Numbered from the stretch's first letter, positions 31,155 through 41,154 are shown. The stretch: DNA of 47,619 bases from an uncultured Gemmatimonadaceae bacterium (GCA_963822945.1 CAWGJO010000013.1:1-47619), one strand, 5' to 3'. Notes: generated by a model not told the origin, from the sequence alone. Numbers and translations are program-made.

Positions 31155-31850
31155 ATGCCAGGCCCTTCCTATAGAGCGGTCGTCGTCGGCGCCACGGGGG
31201 CCGTGGGGTCGGCGCTCGTGCGCGAACTCCTCGCCTCCCCGCGCTGCACCGGCGTCGTGGCGCTCGTGCGGCGCGCGACCACCCAGTTCTCGAACGCCTA
31301 CGGGTGCGAGAAGCTCCGGCTCGAGGTCGTGGACTTCGACCACCTCGAACGCTCCACGGCGGAGCTCGCCGCCGAGTGCGACGCCGCCTTCTGTACCATG
31401 GGCATCGGACAGCCGCGCAAGGTTCCGTTCGCCGAGTTCCATCGCGTGGACGTGGAATACGCCGGCGCCTTCGCCCGCGGGGCCAGGCGTGCCGGCGCTC
31501 GACGCATCACGCTGCTCTCGTCGGTGGGCGCCGATGCCCGCTCGCGCAACCGGTACCTGCGCGTGAAGGGCGAGGCGGAGGCGGCCGTCTCGGCGCCGGG
31601 GTTCGAGCACGTGAGTCTCTTCCGGCCCAGCCTGCTGGTCACGCGACAGCTCCGGTACGGGCTCCAGGACCGGCTCACGCAGGCGTTCGTGCCGCTCGTC
31701 GCGCCGCTGCTGCCGGCGCGCTACCACCAGATCCGCGTCGAGGACCTGGCGCGTGCCATGCGCATCGACGCCGAACACGACTCGCCGCCCGGTACGGCCA
31801 TCCTCATGTACCCCGAGTTCGTACGGCTGCTGGCCACCGAGCCCGAATGA
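31155..31850 (+). CDS. NAD(P)-binding atypical SDR (HTATIP2/YraR-like)
   Basis: VVGATGAVG, AFCTMG, LLSSVGA, YLRVKGEAE, FRPSLL. Confidence 0.85.
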   Translation: MPGPSYRAVVVGATGAVGSALVRELLASPRCTGVVALVRRATTQFSNAYGCEKLRLEVVDFDHLERSTAELAAECDAAFCTMGIGQPRKVPFAEFHRVDVEYAGAFARGARRAGARRITLLSSVGADARSRNRYLRVKGEAEAAVSAPGFEHVSLFRPSLLVTRQLRYGLQDRLTQAFVPLVAPLLPARYHQIRVEDLARAMRIDAEHDSPPGTAILMYPEFVRLLATEPE

Positions 31851-32266
31851 ACCAGGGCGCCGTGCTTCTCTACGACGGCCGGTGCGGATTGTGCAGTCGC
31901 ACGGTGCGCTTCGTGCTGCGGCACGAGCGCCGGCACACGCTCCGCTTTGCCGCGCTCGACGGCGAGTTCGCGCGCGCCGTGATCGGCCGGCATCCGGAAC
32001 TCGACGGTATCGACTCGATCGTATGGGTCGAACGCGCCGGCGCCGCCGCCGATGCCGAACGGACGGTCGTGCGTTCCGATGCCGCGCTGCGCGTGGCACG
32101 CTACCTCGGCGGGCCGTGGCGCCTGGTCCTCGCCGGACGTATGCTACCGCGTGCCTGGCGCGACGCCGCCTACGACTTCGTCGCGCGCCACCGTCACCGA
32201 CTGATTCCCGGAGCGGCACGATGCTCAGTGCCGGATTCCGAATCGCCTCACCGCTTTCTGACGTGA
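31847..32266 (+). CDS. DCC1-like thiol-disulfide oxidoreductase (DUF393)
   Basis: LLYDGRCGLC, RFAAL, RSDAAL, RDAAYDFVARHR. Confidence 0.9.
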   Translation: MNQGAVLLYDGRCGLCSRTVRFVLRHERRHTLRFAALDGEFARAVIGRHPELDGIDSIVWVERAGAAADAERTVVRSDAALRVARYLGGPWRLVLAGRMLPRAWRDAAYDFVARHRHRLIPGAARCSVPDSESPHRFLT

Positions 32267-32297
32267 CGGGCACGGCTCCCGCGCATGGGCGGCCGAG

Positions 32298-33375
32298 ATG
32301 ACTGCCGCCCTGATCGCCACGCTCGCCGTCGCGCTGCTCGGTGGAGGCCGCACCGCCAACGCGCAGACCGCCACTCCGCAGCCTGCCATCGTGCGCTCCG
32401 GGTTCATCTACGACTCGGCATCGTTCCCCAGCGCGCACGCCTCCACCATCGCCCAGTCGCACGGCGCGCTCGTGGCTGCCTGGTTCGGCGGAACGCGCGA
32501 GGGCGCGAGCGACGTGGGCATCTGGCTCTCGCGTTCGACCGACGGCCGCTGGACCCCGCCCGCAGAGGTGGCCACGGGCCTCCAGGCGGACGGCACGCGC
32601 TATCCGTGCTGGAACCCCGTGCTCTTCCAACCGCGCGGCGCGGGCCACGCGCTGATGCTGTTCTACAAGGTGGGACCGATGCCCACGCGGTGGTGGGGCA
32701 TGGTGACCACGTCCGACGACGGCGGCGTCCACTGGACCGCGCCGCGGCGGCTTCCCGACGGCATTCTCGGTCCCATCAAGGACAAGCCGGTGGAACTCGC
32801 CGACGGCACCATCGTGGCGGGCAGCAGCACCGAAGCGCCCGACGCGCGCAACCGGTGGCGCGTGCACTTCGAGCGCTCCACCGACGGCGGCGCCACCTGG
32901 ACGGCCACGCCCCCGCTCGCGTCGCCGCCGGGCGACACCATCGACGCCATCCAGCCGAGCATTCTCGTGCACGCCGACGGGTCGCTGCAGGCGTTGGTGC
33001 GAACCAAGTCCGGGCGCATCGGCCAGACCTGGTCGCACGACGAGGGCCGCACGTGGACGCCGCTGGCGCTCATGTCGCTGCCGAATCCGAATTCGGGCAT
33101 CGACGCCGTGACGCTGCGCGACGGCCGATTCCTGCTGGTCTACAACGACACGACGCGCGGCCGCACGCCGCTGGACGTCGCGGTGTCGAGCGACGGACGC
33201 ACCTGGACGCACGCGCTCACGCTGGAGAACGAACCGGGCGAGTACTCGTACCCGGCGGTGATCCAGACCTCGGACGGCCTGGTGCACGTCACGTACACCT
33301 GGCAGCGCACGCACATCCGGCACGTGGTGATCGATCCGGCGCGCTTGCCGGGCGCCGTGGACACGTCGGCGTCAC
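32298..33375 (+). CDS. Secreted BNR/Asp-box sialidase-like propeller (N-terminal module of a probable fusion)
   Basis: Signal peptide, HASTI, AAWFGGTREG, WNPVLF, Asp-boxes SDDGGVHW, STDGGATW, SHDEGRTW, SSDGRTW, EYSYP; no stop codon after the domain. Confidence 0.85.
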
Positions 33376-34617
33376 GTCGACTCCGTGCCCGCCGTCCGGC
33401 TCGCCGCGCGCGCGGCGTATCGCGCCGACCGGTTCGGCATCTTCATCCACTGGGGCGTGTACAGCCTGCTCGGCCGCGCCGAGTGGGTGATGCAGAACCA
33501 GAAGATCCCGGTGGGCACCTACGAGTGGCTCGCCTCCACCTTCGATCCGGTGAAGTTCGACGCCCACGCCTGGGTGTCGGCCATCAAGGCGTCCGGGGCC
33601 AAATACATCACGATCACGTCGCGCCACCACGACGGCTTCAGCATGTTCGCCACCAAGGCGACGCGATACAACATCGTCGACTGGACGCGCTTCGGCCGCG
33701 ATCCCATGAAGGAACTCGCCGACGAGTGCCACAAGCAGGGGATCAAGCTGTTCTTCTATTACTCCCAGCTCGACTGGCACAACCCGGACTACTGGCCGCG
33801 CGGGCAGACGGGGCAGTACAGCGGCCGTCCCGACGGCGGCGACTGGAACCGCTACCTCGCGTTCATGGACACGCAGCTCACCGAGCTGCTCACCAACTAC
33901 GGTCCCATCGGCGGCATCTGGTTCGACGGCATGTGGGACAAGCCCGACGCCGACTGGCAGCTCCCCAAGACCTACGCGCTCATCCACCGGCTGCAGCCGG
34001 CGGCGCTGATCATTCCCAACCACCACCAGGCGCCCAAACCGGGCGAGGACGTGCAGACCTTCGAGCAGGATCTGCCGGGCGCCAACACGGCGGGCTTCAA
34101 CACGACCACCATCGGCGGGCTGCCGCTCGAGACGTCGATGACGATGAACGACTCGTGGGGGTTCAACATCACCGACCACCACTTCAAGTCGGCGGACGAG
34201 TTGATCCAGAAGCTGGTGGGCGCCGCCGGCCGCGACGCGAATCTGCTGCTCAACATCGGCCCGCGCCCCGACGGCACCATCCAGCCCGAGGCGCTCGAGC
34301 GGCTGCACGACATCGGCGAGTGGATGAAGAGGTACGGCACGTCGATCTACGACACGCGCGGCGGCCCGATCCCGCCGCGCGAGTGGGGCGTGACCACGTA
34401 CCGCAATGACACGGTGTTCGTGCACGTGCTGCACTGGACGGACCGGGCGTTGGCCATCCCGGCGTTCGGGCGGCGGGTGCTGAAGGCGGCGATGCTCGAC
34501 GGCGGGGCGCCCGTGGGCGTCGCGCAGACCGCCGAGTCCATCACGCTGACCATGCCCGATTCCACGGCTGCGGGCCCGGACCGGGTGGTGGTGCTCACGG
34601 TCGCGCCGGGAAAGTAG
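33376..34617 (+). CDS. Alpha-L-fucosidase GH29 (C-terminal module of a probable fusion)
   Basis: RFGIFIHWGVYS, ITSRHHDGFSMF, LLTNYG..GIWFDGMWD, NLLLNIGP. Confidence 0.92.
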   Translation, partial: VDSVPAVRLAARAAYRADRFGIFIHWGVYSLLGRAEWVMQNQKIPVGTYEWLASTFDPVKFDAHAWVSAIKASGAKYITITSRHHDGFSMFATKATRYNIVDWTRFGRDPMKELADECHKQGIKLFFYYSQLDWHNPDYWPRGQTGQYSGRPDGGDWNRYLAFMDTQLTELLTNYGPIGGIWFDGMWDKPDADWQLPKTYALIHRLQPAALIIPNHHQAPKPGEDVQTFEQDLPGANTAGFNTTTIGGLPLETSMTMNDSWGFNITDHHFKSADELIQKLVGAAGRDANLLLNIGPRPDGTIQPEALERLHDIGEWMKRYGTSIYDTRGGPIPPREWGVTTYRNDTVFVHVLHWTDRALAIPAFGRRVLKAAMLDGGAPVGVAQTAESITLTMPDSTAAGPDRVVVLTVAPGK

Positions 34618-34625
34618 GGCGTGCC

Positions 34626-34676
34626 GAGGCGCGCGCGGCCAGGCGCGCGGGGCAGGCGCGCGGGGCAGGCGCGCGG
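34626..34676 (+). repeat. 13-mer tandem repeat CAGGCGCGCGGGG (about 4 units)
   Basis: Two exact and two partial units after the fucosidase stop. Confidence 0.8.
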
Positions 34677-34700
34677 CAACGTGCAACTCGATAGGGGTGG

Positions 34701-34823
34701 TTTCTACGAACAGGATACGGATTCAACGGACCGGAACGGACTCGAACGGATAACTACCAAAGCTTTTGGCTGTTATCCGTTCAATCCGTTCAGTCCGTTC
34801 AATTGTCGTTCAAATCGTAGAAA
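34701..34823. repeat. 123-bp AT-rich imperfect palindrome with internal AACGGA/TCCGTT repeats (MITE-like)
   Basis: Terminal TTTCTACGA/TCGTAGAAA, inner GAACGGATAAC/GTTATCCGTTC, central CCAAA-gct-TTTGG. Confidence 0.8.
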
Positions 34824-34980
34824 GTCAGGGTCGCGCTTACGGGCTCGCACGGCAATTACGGACATACAATTTGCGGCTGGTCGGGTTAACTACCAGATGC
34901 GGGTGTCCGGTCGACAGTAGTCAGTCGCACCGTGAACTGCGCACGTGCCGATTCCCAACAGCCAATTGCCGAGCTTCGAT

Positions 34981-35925
34981 ATGACGACTTCCCGATTCGT
35001 CCGGCTGATGTGGACTCTCGCCGCGCTCGCGGCGCTCGGCTTGGTCTTCGCGTTCGCCGTCCGACCCTGGTACCTCCACTGGGGCACCACGGTGGCCGAG
35101 CGCACCGCGCCGCTGCCCGGCGACGAGATCGTCCCGAATGCCGGCACCCAGGAAACACGCGCCGTCACCATCAAGGCACCCGTGGACAGCGTCTGGCCCT
35201 GGGTGGCCCAGATCGGACAGGACCGCGGCGGCTTCTACAGCTACGACCTGCTGGAGAATCTGGTCGGCTGCGAGATGCCCACCGTCGACAGCCTGCGCCC
35301 AGACAAGCAGCAGTGGGCCCTGGGCGACCGCCTCTGGATGTATCCGTCCACCAAGGCCGACGGCGCCGGCTATGCCGTGCTCCGTGCCTATGTCCCCGGG
35401 CGCGCGCTCGGATTCGCTACCTGGTTCGCCGGCACCACGCCCACCGGGCCCGCGGATGGGAGCTGGTCGTTCGTCCTCCAGCCGCTGAGCGACTCCACCA
35501 CGCGCCTCCTCGTCCGCGGACGCGGCGCCCCCGGTCGCTCGCTGCTCGGCCTCGCCTTCGACCGCTCGATCTTCGAGCCCATGCACTTCGCCATGGAAAA
35601 GCGGATGATGCTCGGCATTGAGGATCTCGCCGAGGGCAGTGCACGCCACCGGTACGTCAACCACGCCCAGGTCGTCCTGTGGTTCGTCACCTTCGCGATG
35701 TTCGTCGTCGGCCTGGGGTCGGTGTTCGTGGGGCCCGTGTGGCGGCGCAAGCTCACCGGCACCGTCACCGCGGCCATCGTCTTCCAGGTGCTGACGCTGG
35801 GGCAGCCGCCCATCGACGTGGCCGTCCTGCTGGTGCTCGTTACCGGCGCCGTGCTCTGGTGGCCCGTGCAACCGGGCAGCCCGCTGTCGCGCCTCGAAGC
35901 CCCAGAGCGGCCCCAGGCGGCGTAG
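34981..35925 (+). CDS. Conserved hypothetical membrane protein (SRPBCC-like soluble domain)
   Basis: RPWYLHWG..E...LPGDE, TRAVTIKAP...VWPWVAQIGQDRGGFYSYD, FAMEKRMMLGI; C-terminal TM helices. Confidence 0.7.
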   Translation: MTTSRFVRLMWTLAALAALGLVFAFAVRPWYLHWGTTVAERTAPLPGDEIVPNAGTQETRAVTIKAPVDSVWPWVAQIGQDRGGFYSYDLLENLVGCEMPTVDSLRPDKQQWALGDRLWMYPSTKADGAGYAVLRAYVPGRALGFATWFAGTTPTGPADGSWSFVLQPLSDSTTRLLVRGRGAPGRSLLGLAFDRSIFEPMHFAMEKRMMLGIEDLAEGSARHRYVNHAQVVLWFVTFAMFVVGLGSVFVGPVWRRKLTGTVTAAIVFQVLTLGQPPIDVAVLLVLVTGAVLWWPVQPGSPLSRLEAPERPQAA

Positions 35926-36067
35926 CCGCTCCCCGAATCGACGGCCCTCCGCCCGTGGCGCGCCGCTGGCCGGCGCGCTGTTCGGCCCACGGGGTGGAAT
36001 CCGCGCCGTCCATCGATCAGTCTTACTATACGAACACGAACCAACCGCACCCGGACACCATTCGCAC

Positions 36068-36829
36068 ATGCCATCCAACGCCCGACTCGCCATCGTCACC
36101 GGCACCAGTTCCGGTATCGGACACGCCGTCGCCCTCGGCCTGCTGGACGCCGGCTGGGACGTGATCGGCGTCGCGCGACGCGACGCGTTCATTCCGAACG
36201 CCGCCTACCGGCACGTGAAGCTCGACCTGGCCGACCTCGCCGCCGTCACCGCCACCTTCGAGCGCGAGATCGCCGCCCTCGTCTCCGACGACCGCCGCAA
36301 GCGGCTGGGACTGGTGAACAACGCCGCGGTCATCGGACAGCTCACGACCGTCGACAAGACCGATCCGGCGCAGATGCTGGCCGCGTACGCCGTGAACGTC
36401 GTGGCGCCCACGTGGCTCATGGGGTTCATGGCGCGGCACGCGCCGCGCGACAGCGCGCTGCGCATCGTCAACATCTCGTCGGGCGCCGCGCAGCGCCCCA
36501 CCCCCGGGCTCGGCGCCTACGTGGGCACCAAGGCGGCGCTGCGCATGGCCACCTTCAACGCGGCCGCCGACTTCGAGTCGCGCGTCATGCAGGCGCGCAT
36601 GACGCACGACGTGGCCCTGCTCAGCTACTCGCCCGGCACCGTGAGTACGCCCATGCAGGTGGAGGCGCGCTCGCAACCCGCCGACGAATTCCCGGCGGTC
36701 ACGATGTTCAAGGGGTTCCACGACAAGGGGCAACTCGTGCCGGTGGAGCAGCCGGCCGCCGAGATCGTGGCGTTCCTGCAATCGGACCACCCGCCGAAGG
36801 CGGCCGAGCGCCGCCTGGGAGACGCATGA
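36068..36829 (+). CDS. Short-chain dehydrogenase/reductase (benzil/sepiapterin reductase-like)
   Basis: TGTSSGIG, VNNAA, NISSGAA, YVGTK, SPGTVSTPMQ. Confidence 0.88.
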   Translation: MPSNARLAIVTGTSSGIGHAVALGLLDAGWDVIGVARRDAFIPNAAYRHVKLDLADLAAVTATFEREIAALVSDDRRKRLGLVNNAAVIGQLTTVDKTDPAQMLAAYAVNVVAPTWLMGFMARHAPRDSALRIVNISSGAAQRPTPGLGAYVGTKAALRMATFNAAADFESRVMQARMTHDVALLSYSPGTVSTPMQVEARSQPADEFPAVTMFKGFHDKGQLVPVEQPAAEIVAFLQSDHPPKAAERRLGDA

Positions 36830-37433
36830 GCCGCGATCGCCGCATCGACGCCTACATCGCGAAGTCCGCCGACTTCGCCAAACCCATCCTCACGCACCTG
36901 CGCAAGGCCGTTCACGCCGCCGTGCCCGGCGTGGAGGAGACCATCAAATGGGGCATGCCCCATTTCCAGTACAAGGGCAACATGTGCGCCATGGCGGCGT
37001 TCAAGGCGCACGTGAAGTTCGGCTTCTGGAAGGGCTCGCTGGTCATCCCCGCCCACCTGCGCGTGGAGAACGCGAGCGGGATCAACGCCTTCGGTGAGCT
37101 GACGTCGGTGAAGGATCTGCCGCCGGCGCGCACGCTCGCCGCCTACCTCAAACAGGCGGCCAAGCTCAACGAGGACGGCGTCAAGGCGCCGCAGTTCGCG
37201 AACCGCAAGAAGCGCCCCGCGCTCAGGACGCCCCCCTATCTCTCCGCCGCGGTGAAGAAGAACGCCAAGGCCCTCGCCACCTGGAAGGCGCTTCCGCCCA
37301 GCGGCCGCCGCGAGTACATCGAGTGGGTCACCGGCGCCAAGACCGACGCCACCCGGGAAAAGCGCCTGGCGACGACGGTCGAATGGCTCGCCAGGGCAAG
37401 CCGTACAACTGGAAGTATCGGGGTACCCGATAG
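36826..37433 (+). CDS. YdeI/OmpD-associated family protein (DUF1801), frameshift near 37393
   Basis: IDAYIAKSADFAKPIL, EETIKWGMPHF, REYIEWVTGAK..TREKRL; expected end GKPYNWKY..TAG (37431-37433) is in a shifted frame. Confidence 0.85.
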
Positions 37434-37434
37434 C

Positions 37435-37968
37435 GTGCGCGAAGCCACTCCGTTGCTCGGCGTCGCGGCGGCCGCACTCGTCGCGCTGGGCGCCTGCGCC
37501 TCGGCCGGGTCCGGGTCGAACCCGGGCGCCGCGCCGGCCACCGTCTCCACACGCACGGTGAATCCGTCCGACTGCGTGCCCGCCACCATCGACAGCGCGT
37601 TCGCCGCGGTGGGCCCGGTCTATCGCACCTGCAACGTGGACCGGCCGGCGCTGGCCATCGACACCACCTTCGTGACGCGTGGGCTCGCCTCGCCCGCCCA
37701 GTCGTGCCTCTCGGCCGTGGTCGACTTCGTGATCGGCACCAACGGACTGCCGCTGCCCGAGCCCATCAAGGTGGTGAAGACCAACTCGCTGGACTTCGCC
37801 CGCGTGCTCACCCAGTCCATCGTCCGCTGGCGCTACCAGCCGGCCGTCCGCGACGGCCATCCGGTGCGGGAACTGGTGCAGCTGCAGGCCGCCGCCCAGG
37901 TGGGGCCCACCTACGGCCCCCCGCCCAATCCGTCCAGCTTCGCGAACATCGGCCCCACCACCTGCTAG
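37435..37968 (+). CDS. Lipoprotein with TonB C-terminal-like domain
   Basis: GTG start, LGAC lipobox, VVDFVIGTNG..IKVV..F.......WRYQPAVRDGHPV. Confidence 0.65.
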   Translation: MREATPLLGVAAAALVALGACASAGSGSNPGAAPATVSTRTVNPSDCVPATIDSAFAAVGPVYRTCNVDRPALAIDTTFVTRGLASPAQSCLSAVVDFVIGTNGLPLPEPIKVVKTNSLDFARVLTQSIVRWRYQPAVRDGHPVRELVQLQAAAQVGPTYGPPPNPSSFANIGPTTC

Positions 37969-39608
37969 CGGCCTGAATCCGGCTTCGCCGGCGGCACCAC
38001 GGGAACCGTGGGCGCGTTGCGCTGCGCGTCGGGCAGCAGGATGGACTTCAGGTGGGCCACCTGGTCGGGCGTCGGCTTGTCCACCGCCTGCAGATCCCAG
38101 CGCTGCGTGCGGTTCCCCACGCCCGCGAACTTGAGCCCGAACCAGTCGAGCATCTCCTGGTAGTCCAGCTCGTCGGTGCTGTCGAGCGCCTTGTGGAACC
38201 AGTCGGCCAGATCCGTGTGCGCCACACTGTCGGCCACCTGCTGGAACTGCTCGGGCGTGTACCCCTCGGCGCCCGAGTACTTGGCGTACGCGGCGCGCAT
38301 CACGTCGTCCAGGCTCGCCGAGTCGCCGGTGAGCGCGCGGATGTGCGCGTCGAGCAGCAGCCCCACCACCGGTCCCTTGGTGTAGTAGCTCACCGTCTTC
38401 TCCTGATCCATCTTCACGCCCGACGCCTGGCTCTTCCACACGTCGAGCGACGACTCCGTCAGCGTCTGCACGCGGCGTCCCGGCGTGTTCTGCAGGTCGG
38501 CAATCAGCTTGGACATCAGGTCCAGCCAGTCCGCCTGCCGGATGAGCCCGGCGCGCGCGTCCATCAGATCGGCGTAGTACGTCGTGAGCCCCTCGGCAAT
38601 CCACAGGCTCGGCGTGCTGGGCGGGTTCTCGTAGTCGAAGGGGCCGAGCGCCACCGGGCGCAGCCGCTTCGCGTTGAAGGCGTGGACGTACTCGTGCGTC
38701 ACGAACGTCAGCCACTTTTCGAACCCCGCCGGCGTCTCCGTGCCCTTGGCCTGCACCGTGAGCAGCGTCGAGTTCTTGTGCTCCAGCCCGCCGGCTCCGG
38801 GGCGGAAGACGTTCAGAAAGAGGTACCGCTTGTACGGCAGGAATCCCCAGAACCGGTAGCTCTCGCCCACCACGCGCAGCAGGGCGCGGCCCGCGCGCTC
38901 GCCGTTGAAGTCGTCCACCGCGCCGGCGTCCACCAGCATGTGCGTCTTGCCCGCCACGTCGAACTGCACCCACTGCAGATTGCCCGAGGCGACGATCGGC
39001 GAATCGACCAGCTCGTCGTAGTTCTCAGCCTGGTAGTGGTCCGGCACGCCGTCCGATGCCGTGTCGAGCGACGTGGCCGACATCCAGCCCGCGGGGAGCG
39101 TGAGGTCCACCACGGCGGGGCGCGACTGGCCGTTGACGAGCGTCATGAAGGTGGGCGCCCCGTTGAGCACGATGAGGCTGTCGCCCACCCAGTCGGCGGT
39201 CACGAACTTCCGGTCGGACTTCACGCGGTAGCTCACGCTCACCGACGGCGCGCCGTTGGTTTCCACCAGCCACCGGTTCTGCCGCGTCTGCTGCACCGCC
39301 AGCGCGCTGCCGTCGGGCGCCCACGCGCGCACGCTGTCCACGTTCGTGGCGTAGTTCTCCACCTTGTAGTAGCCCGGCGACCAGACGGCCATCATCAGCT
39401 CCACGCTCGGCTGGCCGTCGGTGGGCACCTGGGCCTCCACGTGCGTGAAGTGCGCCGCGCGATTGGGAAAGGTCACGGCGTAGGTGATCGGCGCCCCGAG
39501 CTGCGCCCGGAGCGCGGTGGGCGCCAGGGGCGCGGCGAGGGCGGCAGCGGCGAGCACGAGCCGCAGGGCAGGGCGGAGCCGGCGGACGGTGGATGGCGTC
39601 GGATTCAC
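37965..39608 (-). CDS. M61 family (glycyl) aminopeptidase
   Basis: Signal peptide, MAVWSPGYY, YDELVDSPI, GGLEHKNS, THEYVHAFN..RLRP, LWIAEGLTTYY, SYYTKG. Start uncertain (39608-39656). Confidence 0.9.
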   Translation of the reverse strand: MNPTPSTVRRLRPALRLVLAAAALAAPLAPTALRAQLGAPITYAVTFPNRAAHFTHVEAQVPTDGQPSVELMMAVWSPGYYKVENYATNVDSVRAWAPDGSALAVQQTRQNRWLVETNGAPSVSVSYRVKSDRKFVTADWVGDSLIVLNGAPTFMTLVNGQSRPAVVDLTLPAGWMSATSLDTASDGVPDHYQAENYDELVDSPIVASGNLQWVQFDVAGKTHMLVDAGAVDDFNGERAGRALLRVVGESYRFWGFLPYKRYLFLNVFRPGAGGLEHKNSTLLTVQAKGTETPAGFEKWLTFVTHEYVHAFNAKRLRPVALGPFDYENPPSTPSLWIAEGLTTYYADLMDARAGLIRQADWLDLMSKLIADLQNTPGRRVQTLTESSLDVWKSQASGVKMDQEKTVSYYTKGPVVGLLLDAHIRALTGDSASLDDVMRAAYAKYSGAEGYTPEQFQQVADSVAHTDLADWFHKALDSTDELDYQEMLDWFGLKFAGVGNRTQRWDLQAVDKPTPDQVAHLKSILLPDAQRNAPTVPVVPPAKPDSGR

Positions 39609-39723
39609 GATCGGACCGTTGGCGTTAGCTTTGGAGAGCGAAGAATGTCCCTCCAAGATACCCGACGCCAGGGCGTCCGGGTCCCCCAGTGACCAACCAC
39701 TTCAGTTCCGGAGTTTCTCGGGC

Positions 39724-40176
39724 ATGAGACCTTCACCCAAGGTACTGCTGTTCGCGGCACTCGCCACGGCCGTGGCGGCGGGCGGCTGCAGCAGTGCGCT
39801 CTCCGACTTCGTGGGCGCCTCGGCGCACGACGTGTACATCACCGCCGGCAATCCGCAGCCCGCGCCGCAGGGTGACAGCGTGTACTTCAGCATCTCCAAC
39901 TCCGGGGTGGCGTCGGCGTACCTGGCGCGGTGCGGCGACCAGCCGGCCCTCGATTACCAGGTGTGGCAGAACAACGCCTGGACGGAGATGGGACCTGCCA
40001 TCACCTGTCCGTCGCCCTCGACGCCCGGCCCCATCCAGCTCGACCCCGGCGCGCCCCTCATCATGAGCACCGTGTACACCACCCCGGGCCGCTACCGCGT
40101 CGGGGTATCCGCCGCGTCCAAGGCCGACCTGTCCGACGCCGGCATGGCGTGGACCGTCGGGTTCGACATTCACTGA
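39724..40176 (+). CDS. Predicted lipoprotein, Ig-like, unknown function
   Basis: Leader ending AGGC, two further Cys, PGRYRV strand. Confidence 0.6.
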   Translation: MRPSPKVLLFAALATAVAAGGCSSALSDFVGASAHDVYITAGNPQPAPQGDSVYFSISNSGVASAYLARCGDQPALDYQVWQNNAWTEMGPAITCPSPSTPGPIQLDPGAPLIMSTVYTTPGRYRVGVSAASKADLSDAGMAWTVGFDIH

Positions 40177-40197
40177 GTCCCGCCGCAAGACCATCCG

Positions 40198-41154
40198 ATG
40201 CGCTATCCCACCGTGTCGGCGAGCGTCCTCGACGTCGTCGGCCAGACACCGCTCGTGGCCCTCGATCGCCTGAGCGCCGGCATCAAATCCCGCGTGCTCG
40301 GCAAGCTCGAGAGCGCCAACCCCGGGCTGAGCGTCAAGGACCGCCCCGCGCTGCAGATCATCGAAGACGCCGAGCGGAAGGGCATCATCAAGCCCGGTGA
40401 CACCGTCATCGAGCGGACCAGCGGGAACATGGGCACCGGACTCGCCATCGCGTGCGCGCTCAAGGGCTACAAGCTCTACGTGGTGATGTCGGCGGGGAAC
40501 AGCCTGGAGCGGCAGCGGGCCATCAAGGCGCTCGGCGCCAAGGTGGTGCTCGTGCCCCAGGTGAACGGCACGCCGGGGCAGGTGACGGGCGACGACCTCA
40601 AGCGCGTGGAGGTCGTGACCAACGAACTGACCGCCAAGCTCAAAGGGTTCCGCGCCGACCAGTTCAAGAACCCCAGCAGCGTGAAGGCGCACTACACCGG
40701 CACCGGGCCCGAGATCTGGAAGCAGACCGGCGGCAAGGTGGACGTCTACGTGGGCGTCGTCGGCTCGTCGGGCTCGTTCACCGGCATCGTGCGCTATCTC
40801 AAGCAGAAGAACCCGAAGCTCAAGGCGGTGGTGGTGGAACCCGTCGCGGCGTCGATTCTCTCGGGCAAGCGCAAGAAGCCGGGCCGGCACAAGCTGCAGG
40901 GGGTGGGCTACATGGAAGTGCCGCAGCTCTACGAGCCGGACCTCGTGGACGAATTCATCAGCATCGGCGACGCCGAGGCCATGCGCACGGCGCGCAAGCT
41001 GGCGAAGACCGAGGGCATTCTGGCCGGCTTCACGACCGGCGCCAACGTGGCGGCGGCGCTGCGCATCGCCAAGCGGTCGCGGAAGGCGCTGAACATCGTG
41101 ACGATTCTGACGGATTCGGGACTGAAGTACTTCAGTACGGATCTGTTCGAGTAA
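40198..41154 (+). CDS. cysK: PLP-dependent cysteine synthase family protein
   Basis: VGQTPLV, KLESANPGLSVKDR (PLP Lys), TSGNMG, QFKNP, HYTGTGPEIW, EGILAG, DSGLKYFST. Confidence 0.85.
   Translation: MRYPTVSASVLDVVGQTPLVALDRLSAGIKSRVLGKLESANPGLSVKDRPALQIIEDAERKGIIKPGDTVIERTSGNMGTGLAIACALKGYKLYVVMSAGNSLERQRAIKALGAKVVLVPQVNGTPGQVTGDDLKRVEVVTNELTAKLKGFRADQFKNPSSVKAHYTGTGPEIWKQTGGKVDVYVGVVGSSGSFTGIVRYLKQKNPKLKAVVVEPVAASILSGKRKKPGRHKLQGVGYMEVPQLYEPDLVDEFISIGDAEAMRTARKLAKTEGILAGFTTGANVAAALRIAKRSRKALNIVTILTDSGLKYFSTDLFE

Noticed and set aside
32298..34409. 703-aa ORF taken as the real product
   Set aside because: The part after about 33375 is out-of-frame read-through over the GH29 coding frame.
36412..37968. 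518-aa ORF suggesting a YdeI-TonB fusion
   Set aside because: One missing base near 37393 restores the YdeI ending GKPYNWKY and a stop at 37433; the downstream gene has its own start and lipoprotein signal.
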